Sequence record: OR924452 | From: Escherichia phage 241 | Strand: one strand, 5' to 3' | DNA: 64,000 bases | In this document: piece by piece, positions 35,201-43,071 of the stretch | Position numbering within the stretch: position 1 is the stretch's first letter | Layout: every line of letters starts with the position of its first letter | Made by a program: the position numbers and the translations under genes | Notes under the pieces: model-generated | Database searches by the model: none | Told to the model about the DNA's origin: nothing | The model's input: only the letters and a program-made list of their open reading frames with translations

Positions 35201-37135
35201 CCGCATGGCGCTGGTGGTGTGTGGTGGGGATACCGCTATCGCACGACTGTTTCTGCCCGTGATGTCACCACATACACATACACGGACAAAACAACCACGA
35301 CCATGACTGGCGAACAGATTGTGGAAACGCAGGTTATCCCATACATGCGCGAAATTGATATTTCTTTCGACGCTTCTGGGTTGCGACCTTTCACTCGCAT
35401 GTATGCATTCTTCTCAGGTCGTGATGTGAATCTGTATTGCAAGCCGAATGGTGGTAATTTTGGTGACCCAATCACCACTGATGCCAATGGCGCAGTCAAA
35501 GGCGTGTTCCGCGTTCCTCAGAACGATACGATCAAGTTCAACACAGGTGACAACGTGTTCCGCTTGACGGATAGCCCCGTTGACAGTAAATCTGCGGATG
35601 ATACGCTGACTAATGCTGAAATTGTTCACAAATCTTTCGGTAAGAAACAAGGGATTCAAAAGACCTTTGTCAATACTCGAGTTCTGGGTTATACCGCAAG
35701 CACCAGCACCGAAACCAGCACTTCTGAAGTTGTGGTCGACCAATGGCGTGATCCAATTGCCCAATCGTTTATGGTGGCAACTAAGATCGGTGGTGAATAT
35801 ATCGAAGGCGTGGAAGTATTCTTCTCCACCAAGTCACGTGATGTTCCGATCACCCTGGAAATTCGCGAGATGGAGAATGGCTTACCATCCCATACCGTCA
35901 TAACTCGTAAAACTTTGAACCCATCTGAGGTGACGATCTCTACAGACTCGTCTGGCGGTACGAAGTTCACCTTCGATTATCCGGTATACTTGCAAGCATC
36001 GACTGAGTTTGCTATTGTTCTGTTGGCGAATACTCAGGATTACAACGCGTATATCGCGGAAATGGGCAAGAAAAACCTTCTGTCCAACGAATATATCGCC
36101 AAACAACCGTATACAGGGGTGTTCTTCACTTCTTCAAACGGTTCTACATGGTCTCCCAACCAGATGGCAGATATGAAGTTCCGTGTTTATCGTTGTAACT
36201 TTGCTGCTGGTCAGAACGTTGTAACATTTGATCCGAAACTTGGACCGAAACAACGTCCGCTGGGGTTGAACACTCTCAACTGTGTGAGCGGGTCTTCTGT
36301 CGTGACCGTGTTTGCACCTGGTCATGGTTTGGTTGCTGGGAACAATGTCACTCTGTCTGAATTGACAGGCGGTTGTGGCTTTACTCCTGAACAACTTAAC
36401 AAAACGTTTACTGTGACAGATGCGAGCTATACTTCATTCAAGATTGACGTCGGTTCAGCAGCAGACAGCAACGGGCAAATCGGCGGGGATAATGCTTCGT
36501 TCTTGGGCAATTATCTGGTTGATATGTTCTATGCGAGTGTTACAAATTCAGCTCTGGAAGGTTCGATTCTGAAATTGGAATACCGTTATCGCGATGCCAC
36601 TTCAAATTCTATGTCTGATTGGGCTGAGTTTGAAACTGACACTGACGTGGCGTTGCCGACTGAAGGGATCTATCGTCAGGTTGGGGATTTCCAGATCCGA
36701 GCCACCATGACGCGCAGTGAAAACAACGTGTACACCGCTCCAATGATTGATGGCGATGACCTGAGCGTAATCTTCAACTCATACGGCGTGGATCCATTTG
36801 AAGATGTCTTCAAATATGTGACAAAAGACATCGGATTTGATAACCCATGTTCGACTGTGAAGTTGTTCTTTGGTGCAATGCTCCCATCTCAGTCTTCTAT
36901 GAAGGTGCAGGTGAAACTTCTTAGAGCAGGTCAGGAGATGGATAGTGTGGCTTGGGAAGATGTTACTCCAACGTCGCCTCTGGTCAACGACGGTTCTACA
37001 TTCTTTGAATATGAATACGACAAGACTGTGGCGAGCAATAACCCGTTTGTTGGCCTGAAAGTCCGAGCGCTTGTACGGGGGAACCGCGTTGCTCCTCCAT
37101 CATTCAAAGACTTCCGTCTTATTGCTCTGGCATAA
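32297..37135 (+). CDS. Giant virion structural protein (1612 aa), probably baseplate or tail associated
   Basis: Single uninterrupted 4.8-kb ORF in the structural operon, between the tailspikes and the neck genes. Confidence 0.8.
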   Translation: MQSTNLNRRPYWDDWNPGKRFSRILFRPMPIKVQTRELNQMQTILQDQIEKLGNHLFKDGSMVIPGGLTITNAAVSMKFTLAGGTEFTDLEGITELYVLGKDNNAKARVLSLERDLSAPDTMLAILEMTEVGNADGFHVNDNLYFQTYDVNDNFIRIGYGIAAAVTGSIVARMTKGVYFIRGMFLDVDDATLIVDKTSNTSSHRVGFKVTETIVTESEDESLYSNAQGTINSKAPGAHRLRIDLVLSRFDYDAVVEDFVELAKVRDGKIQSMVTQSTYNILEDTLAQRTYETNGDYNVSTHQIDIREHLKVNNNGGVFNAADGGDESKFVSVMKPGISYVRGRRIENVGEELVIVDKARDTDVLNNTPVAVATGNYLVTKNSKGVPVISRTVRYKLLNASGAAQATALCISAERNSTEFRLYMRDLVVTGDASTITKVSYEESGITMFSAELESNQFNQSSMVDLIFSLPVFGVKTLAPTGSVDINYTVLRTYKVTLDSSGSGSISAPLGYSFSPEFSLYSSAKSDGSEAQFDISGSLSLTGSPVGSALQISLGSGNANQSINLLALMIRTTATIKTKTITETTESVTFTSQTSRPLANHDGWKLVSVKNDTGADVTSSFTLDGGQRDAGYYKANLLSTAGAISGTYTVVYQYFAHSSGDFFSADSYTSMDYKDIPNYTSSTSGAVYGLADSLDFRPKITNGTSDTDMVRPNTAVILDTEYYLPRIDAIYLADNGVFGVARGISSNNLASPAIPANSMRLYELLIPPYTPNIDDIQIRTIDNRRYTMRDIGKLETRISNVEYYTSLSQLESSAMTQQVFDPITGNPRFKNGIAADPFKDFRLIDDLSEDWMGSIDTENGRLRPFVQQNAVDMTPVGWNKVMDGMVVCNYTPEISVNQEYATTTINVNPYAVFNWEGFLKINPTTDYWFENYYVAPRVINETINTRGTVQEGSVYGTWRTVSVSDRVWEPHGAGGVWWGYRYRTTVSARDVTTYTYTDKTTTTMTGEQIVETQVIPYMREIDISFDASGLRPFTRMYAFFSGRDVNLYCKPNGGNFGDPITTDANGAVKGVFRVPQNDTIKFNTGDNVFRLTDSPVDSKSADDTLTNAEIVHKSFGKKQGIQKTFVNTRVLGYTASTSTETSTSEVVVDQWRDPIAQSFMVATKIGGEYIEGVEVFFSTKSRDVPITLEIREMENGLPSHTVITRKTLNPSEVTISTDSSGGTKFTFDYPVYLQASTEFAIVLLANTQDYNAYIAEMGKKNLLSNEYIAKQPYTGVFFTSSNGSTWSPNQMADMKFRVYRCNFAAGQNVVTFDPKLGPKQRPLGLNTLNCVSGSSVVTVFAPGHGLVAGNNVTLSELTGGCGFTPEQLNKTFTVTDASYTSFKIDVGSAADSNGQIGGDNASFLGNYLVDMFYASVTNSALEGSILKLEYRYRDATSNSMSDWAEFETDTDVALPTEGIYRQVGDFQIRATMTRSENNVYTAPMIDGDDLSVIFNSYGVDPFEDVFKYVTKDIGFDNPCSTVKLFFGAMLPSQSSMKVQVKLLRAGQEMDSVAWEDVTPTSPLVNDGSTFFEYEYDKTVASNNPFVGLKVRALVRGNRVAPPSFKDFRLIALA

Positions 37136-37187
37136 ATAATGTTGAAAGGTGGGCGTAAAGCCCACCAAACCAATAGAGGATAAAGAT

Positions 37188-37436
37188 ATGCGTGGAATGA
37201 AAGTACAGGGGCACGCATCCATGTTGAGAAGCAGTTCTTGTCCAGGCGCGATCATTTGTACTGATCATGCTGCAGGTATGGCTGCATTGCAAGCCCGTCA
37301 ACGCAACGAAACCCGTGAAGCCACCATTGTTGAACAATCAAACCAGATATCGAATCTGGAGGCGACGATCAAAATGATGGCTGAAAAGTTGGGGATAGAA
37401 ATCCCCGAAGGAGGTCAGAATGGCGACGCAAGCTGA
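37188..37436 (+). CDS. Small coiled-coil protein (position equivalent to T4 wac)
   Basis: AGAGGA RBS before the ATG at 37188; heptad-like sequence. Confidence 0.4.
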   Translation: MRGMKVQGHASMLRSSSCPGAIICTDHAAGMAALQARQRNETREATIVEQSNQISNLEATIKMMAEKLGIEIPEGGQNGDAS

Positions 37437-37761
37437 AAGATCTGGGCTTGATATCCGTGGTATCTTGACTGCTGTCGTGGCTTCTGCATTGGTCTCGGCG
37501 GCGTCGTTCCTTTGGTTTATGGGTGGGATGGAAACACGCGTGAATGTATTGGAGCGAGATTCTAATAAAATGGATCAGGTCCTTCAAAAGGTGAATGACA
37601 TGAGTGAGCGCATGGCGATCATGAATACAGACCTCGCATATGTCAAACAAAATATGGCTGAGTTAAAACTCAATAGCAGCAGCCTATCAGACGATGTCCG
37701 CACATTGCGGATTACTGTATCTGATTTGCAGCAACGAGGGAATAACAATGGCCGTCAATAA
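37420..37761 (+). CDS. Small coiled-coil protein with N-terminal TM segment
   Basis: GGAGG RBS; hydrophobic ILTAVVASALVSAASFLWF then coiled-coil-like region. Confidence 0.45.
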   Translation: MATQAERSGLDIRGILTAVVASALVSAASFLWFMGGMETRVNVLERDSNKMDQVLQKVNDMSERMAIMNTDLAYVKQNMAELKLNSSSLSDDVRTLRITVSDLQQRGNNNGRQ

Positions 37762-38500
37762 AATTCGCGACAAGAAATCTTTTATGAACTATGTCTTGCG
37801 TAAATTGGGCGCTCCGGTCATCCAAATTAACCTTGACAGTTCACAAGTAGAAGATGCTGTTGATGATGCTCTACAGAAGTTTTGGGAATATCATCGCGAC
37901 GGTAGCCAAGATGCGTTCTTCCTGTACCAAGTTAAGCAAGAAGATATCGACAAGGGTTATATTGAATTCCCAGAAGATATTGACGATGTGATTGAAGTTA
38001 TCCCTGGACCTCCTATTGAGTCAATTGGAAACTGGGCAACTCCTCAATGGCAAATGGCCCAAGCCATGCTTGTACCAAAAGCGGCGCTTGTGTCTATTCG
38101 TCTCATTGATTACGTTTCCATGCAACAGCGCCTGTCTGATATCACAAGCGTCTTGAATGTTCGTCGTAATTTTGTGTACAAGAAGTTCCAGCGACGCCTT
38201 TACCCGCAATTTGCTGCCACCATTGATGAAACTCTGGCTTTCCGTTGTTATCAGAATATCGACCCCGAATCGGAAGAAAACGCTGAAGCATGGAATGACA
38301 TGTGGTTGAAAGCGTATGCGACTGCATTGGTTAAGCGCCGTTGGGCTGAGGTGCTTAAGAAGGCAAGAGGCATCCGTCTCCCAGGTGGTATCGAACTGGA
38401 TGGTGATAGTATGTTCAGTGAGGCCGAGACCGAGATAGAGCGGTTGGAGGAAGAATTGCGTACTGGTCAGCAATACCCTATCGATTTTATGATGGGATAA
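37748..38500 (+). CDS. gp13: Neck protein (T4 gp13-like)
   Basis: LRKLGAPVIQINLDSSQVEDAVDDALQKFWEYHRDG aligns with the T4 gp13 N-terminus; start at the ATG at 37748. Confidence 0.8.
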   Translation: MAVNKIRDKKSFMNYVLRKLGAPVIQINLDSSQVEDAVDDALQKFWEYHRDGSQDAFFLYQVKQEDIDKGYIEFPEDIDDVIEVIPGPPIESIGNWATPQWQMAQAMLVPKAALVSIRLIDYVSMQQRLSDITSVLNVRRNFVYKKFQRRLYPQFAATIDETLAFRCYQNIDPESEENAEAWNDMWLKAYATALVKRRWAEVLKKARGIRLPGGIELDGDSMFSEAETEIERLEEELRTGQQYPIDFMMG

Positions 38501-38503
38501 GAG

Positions 38504-38531
38504 AAGGCGGGTTATCCCGCCTTTCTTTTTA
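38504..38531. terminator. Terminator hairpin (probably bidirectional)
   Basis: GGCGGGTTATCCCGCC plus TTTCTTTTT; lies between convergent genes. Confidence 0.7.
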
Positions 38532-38741
38532 TAACTTGATGTCGCGGTCGGAAGGATTTGAATTTGCTAGAATATAACCATCAACCAAGTTCTTTTCATC
38601 CCACCATTCAATAAAATCATTTCCCTTTTCGTCTTTGATAAGACCCACAATGTTATATGAACCATCGGCGATTTTAGCGTCTACACAGATAATTCTCACA
38701 CGCCTTCCGTCACGAGTTTCTTTAATATCTTCAACCTTCAT
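38529..38741 (-). CDS. Hypothetical protein on the opposite strand
   Basis: 70-aa ORF convergent with gp13. Confidence 0.4.
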   Translation of the reverse strand: MKVEDIKETRDGRRVRIICVDAKIADGSYNIVGLIKDEKGNDFIEWWDEKNLVDGYILANSNPSDRDIKL

Positions 38742-38772
38742 TTATCAATTCCTCAAAAGAATTAATGATTGA

Positions 38773-38780
38773 CTAAATAC
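38773..38780 (+). promoter_or_regulatory. Late-promoter-like CTAAATAC motif upstream of gp14
   Basis: CTAAATACCTTCAAAATTGAG; near-identical downstream sequence to the motif before gp18. Confidence 0.45.
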
Positions 38781-38802
38781 CTTCAAAATTGAGGGTAAAG
38801 TC

Positions 38803-39444
38803 ATGGCTACTTCGAAATATTTCAATTATACAGCACACCAAGGTACTCAGAAATTAATTGACGACTTGGTGGTCGAGATGATACAACTACGTGGGATTGA
38901 CGTCAAGTATATTCCACGTTCCATCGTTGAAAAATACCCAATTTTAAACGAGGCTGAACATAAATTCGACCAGGCGTTCGATATCGAAGTATACATGCAA
39001 GATTACCAAGGCTTTAACACCCAAATGTGGGAGAAGTTTGGCGGTATTCAATTACAAGATGAAGTGACGTTCACCATTGCTCGTCGCCGTTTTTCAGAAG
39101 TGATTGGTAATGGGCCAGGACTTGAGCAGATGCCTCAAGAAGGTGATTTGATATACCTCCCAATGGCGAACAAGATATTCAAAGTGAATAACCCGAATAA
39201 CGACGAAGAATTTATGCAATTCGGTAAATGGTACACATATTCCTTACCGTGCACGTTGTTCCAATATGGTAATGAAGATTTTGATACTGGTGTATCTGAA
39301 ATTGACGACATCGATAAACGTTTACAAGATCTAGACGGCGATGGTGTCTACAAAGATGCCAGTCTACAGACAGATAACCAATTTGCGGACGAAATAGAGA
39401 AAGATCTTTCGCCCAATAAAATGAAGATAGACTTCGGGGAATAA
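38803..39444 (+). CDS. gp14: Neck protein (T4 gp14-like, by synteny)
   Basis: 213-aa ORF between the gp13-like and gp15-like genes. Confidence 0.6.
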   Translation: MATSKYFNYTAHQGTQKLIDDLVVEMIQLRGIDVKYIPRSIVEKYPILNEAEHKFDQAFDIEVYMQDYQGFNTQMWEKFGGIQLQDEVTFTIARRRFSEVIGNGPGLEQMPQEGDLIYLPMANKIFKVNNPNNDEEFMQFGKWYTYSLPCTLFQYGNEDFDTGVSEIDDIDKRLQDLDGDGVYKDASLQTDNQFADEIEKDLSPNKMKIDFGE

Positions 39445-39446
39445 TC

Positions 39447-40145
39447 ATGGCCAGACCATTTGAAAAATATTTCTACCATGAATCGTTGTTGAAATACATT
39501 CATGTCTTCAACGCTATCATGTCAGATTTAAAAGTCAAAACCGAACGTGGCTTGATGGAAATCCCGCTGCATATGGCTATTGGCCGTCGCAATGACCTCA
39601 ACAGGAACGTGCCAGCCAATATGCTGCCATTTGCGACTATGTCCTTCGGTCAATTTGAAATTAATAAACAAGTGACCAAGTCGTATCATAATCAGATATC
39701 GACTGCAACTGCGCGGTCCAAACAACGAATTCCGATCATTATAGATTTTGAATATAACATCAGAACGAAGAAACTGGTCGAAATGCTACAGGTGTTGGAA
39801 CAAATTTATTCTGTGTTCACTCCTTCTATTGATTGTCAGATAAAAGACAACGATACGTTATCTCAAGATCAAAACGTGAAGATTATGTTGACGTCCCATA
39901 CCATTTCCGATAACTGGGAAGGGGATGCCGCTGAATCACCCCATATAGATTGCACCTTTAATTTTCAATTACATGGGCACATTTATGGCGAAGATTATTG
40001 GGTCGATGACGGCTCTGGCGGTGGTGATCCGAACGTTATCAAAGAGATAATTATTGAAATGTCTAATGATTTGAACACGCCATGGTCGGAACTGCCTGAG
40101 TGGTTCCGAGTTGACAAAGATGGCATACATCATCCGGAGGATTGA
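39447..40145 (+). CDS. gp15: Tail sheath stabiliser / tail completion protein (T4 gp15-like, by synteny)
   Basis: 232-aa ORF coupled to its neighbours in T4 order. Confidence 0.6.
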   Translation: MARPFEKYFYHESLLKYIHVFNAIMSDLKVKTERGLMEIPLHMAIGRRNDLNRNVPANMLPFATMSFGQFEINKQVTKSYHNQISTATARSKQRIPIIIDFEYNIRTKKLVEMLQVLEQIYSVFTPSIDCQIKDNDTLSQDQNVKIMLTSHTISDNWEGDAAESPHIDCTFNFQLHGHIYGEDYWVDDGSGGGDPNVIKEIIIEMSNDLNTPWSELPEWFRVDKDGIHHPED

Positions 40146-40828
40146 TCATGAGCAATATGTCAGAAAGGTTACTTGCGACGCTAGACGCGGTGACTGCCAG
40201 AGATGAAGTTGGTAAGGAGGCGATGGAAGCCGTCTCTCCACGTCCAGGTATTGACTTCGATGAAAAAACGGGCGAGTGGTTTGGTGAACGCCCAGAAGGT
40301 TATCAGCCGATTCCAGAACCTCCATCATTGGAAGATATCGCGTCCAAAGAATCCAAGGTTCCGGAGTTTGCGGATACTGATGCCACAACAGATTACAAGC
40401 GAATACGCGATACGACATACGCCATGCAGGAAGCCACGATGTTCATGATGGGGCAAGCTGCTAAATTAGCTGCATCTACCGAAGCCCCAAGAGCGTTTTC
40501 TGTGTTTCGTGAATTGGGCGAACTCATGCGCGGCCTGAACAAAGACCTGATGGAAAACCAAAAAACCATCAAAGCTGTGACAGGGGATAAAGAACCGCCG
40601 ACTGATGACACAACCGTGGATGTTACCACTTCACCCGACGGGACCACAACAGTATCTGTTGGGAAGAAAGCGAGATCTTCGCGCGATTTATTGAAAACGA
40701 TCGAAGATGCACGCCGCCGCGCTGAAGAACGCGCTCAGGCAAAAGCCACCCAACAAACCGAAGATGAAATTATCGACGGTGAAACGGTTGACGTGAAGGA
40801 AAAAGACGATGGCGTATCAGAAGCGTGA
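40142..40828 (+). CDS. gp16: Terminase small subunit (T4 gp16-like)
   Basis: Position directly before the large terminase; central segment similar to T4 gp16. Confidence 0.65.
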   Translation: MIMSNMSERLLATLDAVTARDEVGKEAMEAVSPRPGIDFDEKTGEWFGERPEGYQPIPEPPSLEDIASKESKVPEFADTDATTDYKRIRDTTYAMQEATMFMMGQAAKLAASTEAPRAFSVFRELGELMRGLNKDLMENQKTIKAVTGDKEPPTDDTTVDVTTSPDGTTTVSVGKKARSSRDLLKTIEDARRRAEERAQAKATQQTEDEIIDGETVDVKEKDDGVSEA

Positions 40829-43019
40829 TATAGAATATGCTCCGATAAAAACGGGGTTTAAAATCGACGACGTGAAATTGCGTATGGACCAGACGTTCAT
40901 GCGCAAGCCTTCTGTGCGCGCTCCACGAGTCGAGTTGATGCTAACAGATGAACAAGAAGACGAATTTGTTGAATGTTCAATGGACGCACATTACTTCGCT
41001 GCCAATTACTACAAGATAACGACAATCGATAAAGGCTTTATCCTTTTCGATATGCATGATTATCAGAAACAATTATTTCACGATTTTCAAGATTATCGTT
41101 TCAATGCCGTTGTCCAGGCGCGTCAGTCCGGTAAATGCGTCCGTGGTGATACTCTTGTTTATGTCTATGATACAGTCAGTCAACAAGAGTTGCATCTCAC
41201 CATAGAAGAGCTTCACAAGCGCTTCGAAGGACCGAACCATGCTGTGCCACTGAATACCATTGGCAACCACAATAAGTTTGTAGACAGCCGTTTCGGGAAA
41301 CGATATTTTGTTGAGTCCGACACTGGCTGGGTTCCGGTTATTGCCGCTCATAAAACGAAAGAATACGCTGAATACGTGGTCAGGACTGAAACCGGACGCA
41401 CAATTCATGTCGCAGATGAGCACATGTTCTTCAATGAATATGGGCGCGAAGTATTTGCTAAAGACATGGAGGCCGGAGATGCCATAATGACCCAGGAGGG
41501 AATAGAATTCATCTCTGAGATCTGGGAGACTGGTGAGTACCACCACATGTATGACTTGCAAGTCAAGTCCAGCGATCAACGTTATTACACGAATGGGTTC
41601 CTCAGCCATAATACCACGGTCGTGGCTGCGTTTCTTCTTTGGTATGCGATGTTCCACTCAGACAAAGAAATCGCGGTACTGGCAAACAAAGAGAAACAAG
41701 CGATTGAAATTCTTGACCGTATCAGGAAGGCGTATCAGGACCTCCCATTCTTCCTTCAGCAGGGTTGTGAGAAGTTTGGTTCTACACTGATAGAGTTTGA
41801 GAACGGCTCTAAGATATATGCTTATGCAACGTCTTCGGACTCTATTCGTGGTCGTTCTGTATCTCTCTTGTACGTGGACGAAGTCGCGTTCATCGAAAAT
41901 GACTTTGAATTTTGGGAATCAACATTCCCAGCGATCGCATCTGCTGATACTTCACGTTGTATTCTTACCAGTACTCCGAAAGGCCAGCGAGGGTTGTTCT
42001 ATGATATCGTCACCAAAGCAGACCCGCGCCATCCACAATACAACGATTTCCATCTTACCGAAGTCCCTTGGTACAAGGTTCCGGCGTACACCAAAGACCC
42101 TGATTGGGAAACCAAACAACGCGCTCGTCTGGGGGATGCCCGTTTTGACCAGGAATTTGGAATCAAGTTCCGTGGTTCTGTAGGTTCATTGATACCAGCC
42201 AAATGCTTGGATAAAATGACATCCAAGTTATATCGAGAGCCTAATGAGTTCACCAAAATTTACAAGGAATATGACCCGCAACGCATCTACTTCGGGATTG
42301 CAGATACGGGGAAAGGTGTTGAAGGAGATTATTCGGTTCTGACAATTCTGGATATAACGGAATACCCGCATGTCATAGCGGCCAAGTACAGGAACAATAC
42401 AATACCTCCGATGATGTATGCATACACGATAGCTGATATGTGTACTGAATACGGGGAGTGTCCAGTCCTTGTAGAAACCAACAACGACGTTGGTGGACAG
42501 GTTATTACAATCTTGTATCAAGAAATTGAGTATCCAGAGATTATATTCACGTCGACGGATAACAAAGGGACAGGGAAACGGATTGGTGGTCGTAAACCAG
42601 AGCCAGGCATTAACACCAACAGGAAAGTGCGATCTATTGGTTGTGCTAACCTGAAAGCGCTTATTGAGAAAGAAATGTTGGTGATCGAAGACCAAGACAC
42701 GATAGATGAACTCAGCACATTCGTGTTCCGTGGTGCGCGTTATGAAGCAGATGATGGATGTCACGACGACTGCGTTATGCCGTTGGTATTATATTCTTGG
42801 GCAGTTAAACAAGAATGGTTCAGTGATCTGACTTCTACCAGTATTTCTCAAGACATGAGAAATAGAATGTCTTCGACTGAGTCACAACAAGTATTCCCAT
42901 TTGGTGGTTTAGTCGTGGGAGACACTCCATCTGGAACTGAGCATCTCCCTGGGTTCGGTGGTGTTCAAGTCTTCGACGAACGTTCAGGGATGACAATGGA
43001 CGAGTGGTTTAAGAATTGA
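40809..43019 (+). CDS. gp17: Terminase large subunit (T4 gp17-like), interrupted by a mini-intein in the Walker A P-loop
   Basis: Extein sequence ARQSGK then TTVVAAFLLWYA matches T4 gp17 SRQLGKTTVVAIFLAHF; 736 aa including a 159-aa insertion. Confidence 0.9.
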   Translation: MAYQKRDIEYAPIKTGFKIDDVKLRMDQTFMRKPSVRAPRVELMLTDEQEDEFVECSMDAHYFAANYYKITTIDKGFILFDMHDYQKQLFHDFQDYRFNAVVQARQSGKCVRGDTLVYVYDTVSQQELHLTIEELHKRFEGPNHAVPLNTIGNHNKFVDSRFGKRYFVESDTGWVPVIAAHKTKEYAEYVVRTETGRTIHVADEHMFFNEYGREVFAKDMEAGDAIMTQEGIEFISEIWETGEYHHMYDLQVKSSDQRYYTNGFLSHNTTVVAAFLLWYAMFHSDKEIAVLANKEKQAIEILDRIRKAYQDLPFFLQQGCEKFGSTLIEFENGSKIYAYATSSDSIRGRSVSLLYVDEVAFIENDFEFWESTFPAIASADTSRCILTSTPKGQRGLFYDIVTKADPRHPQYNDFHLTEVPWYKVPAYTKDPDWETKQRARLGDARFDQEFGIKFRGSVGSLIPAKCLDKMTSKLYREPNEFTKIYKEYDPQRIYFGIADTGKGVEGDYSVLTILDITEYPHVIAAKYRNNTIPPMMYAYTIADMCTEYGECPVLVETNNDVGGQVITILYQEIEYPEIIFTSTDNKGTGKRIGGRKPEPGINTNRKVRSIGCANLKALIEKEMLVIEDQDTIDELSTFVFRGARYEADDGCHDDCVMPLVLYSWAVKQEWFSDLTSTSISQDMRNRMSSTESQQVFPFGGLVVGDTPSGTEHLPGFGGVQVFDERSGMTMDEWFKN
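41136..41612 (+). mobile_element. Mini-intein (159 aa, Hint domain only) in the terminase ATPase P-loop
   Basis: Begins with Cys (CVRGDTLVYV), ends with His-Asn, next extein residue Thr; inserted between the Lys and Thr of the GK[T] Walker A motif; too short for a homing endonuclease domain. Confidence 0.8.
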
Positions 43020-43022
43020 TCA

Positions 43023-43030
43023 CTAAATAT
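43023..43030 (+). promoter_or_regulatory. Late-promoter-like CTAAATAT motif upstream of gp18
   Basis: CTAAATATCTTTCAAATTGAG, paralleling the gp14 upstream element. Confidence 0.45.
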
Positions 43031-43071
43031 CTTTCAAATTGAGCGAAACTCTACCGAGAAGGAATAACATT

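Noticed and set aside
34343-35206. 287-aa minus-strand ORF inside the 1612-aa structural gene
   Set aside because: Entirely antisense to a long, well-supported plus-strand gene; no RBS context and an Arg/His-rich low-complexity translation typical of antisense frames.
37147-37166. Hairpin AGGTGGGCGTAAAGCCCACC after the 1612-aa gene as a terminator
   Set aside because: No T-tract follows; more likely a stability or processing hairpin within the operon.
41073-41657. 194-aa minus-strand ORF antisense to the terminase/intein region
   Set aside because: Antisense to the terminase; the plus-strand frame is explained by extein plus intein.
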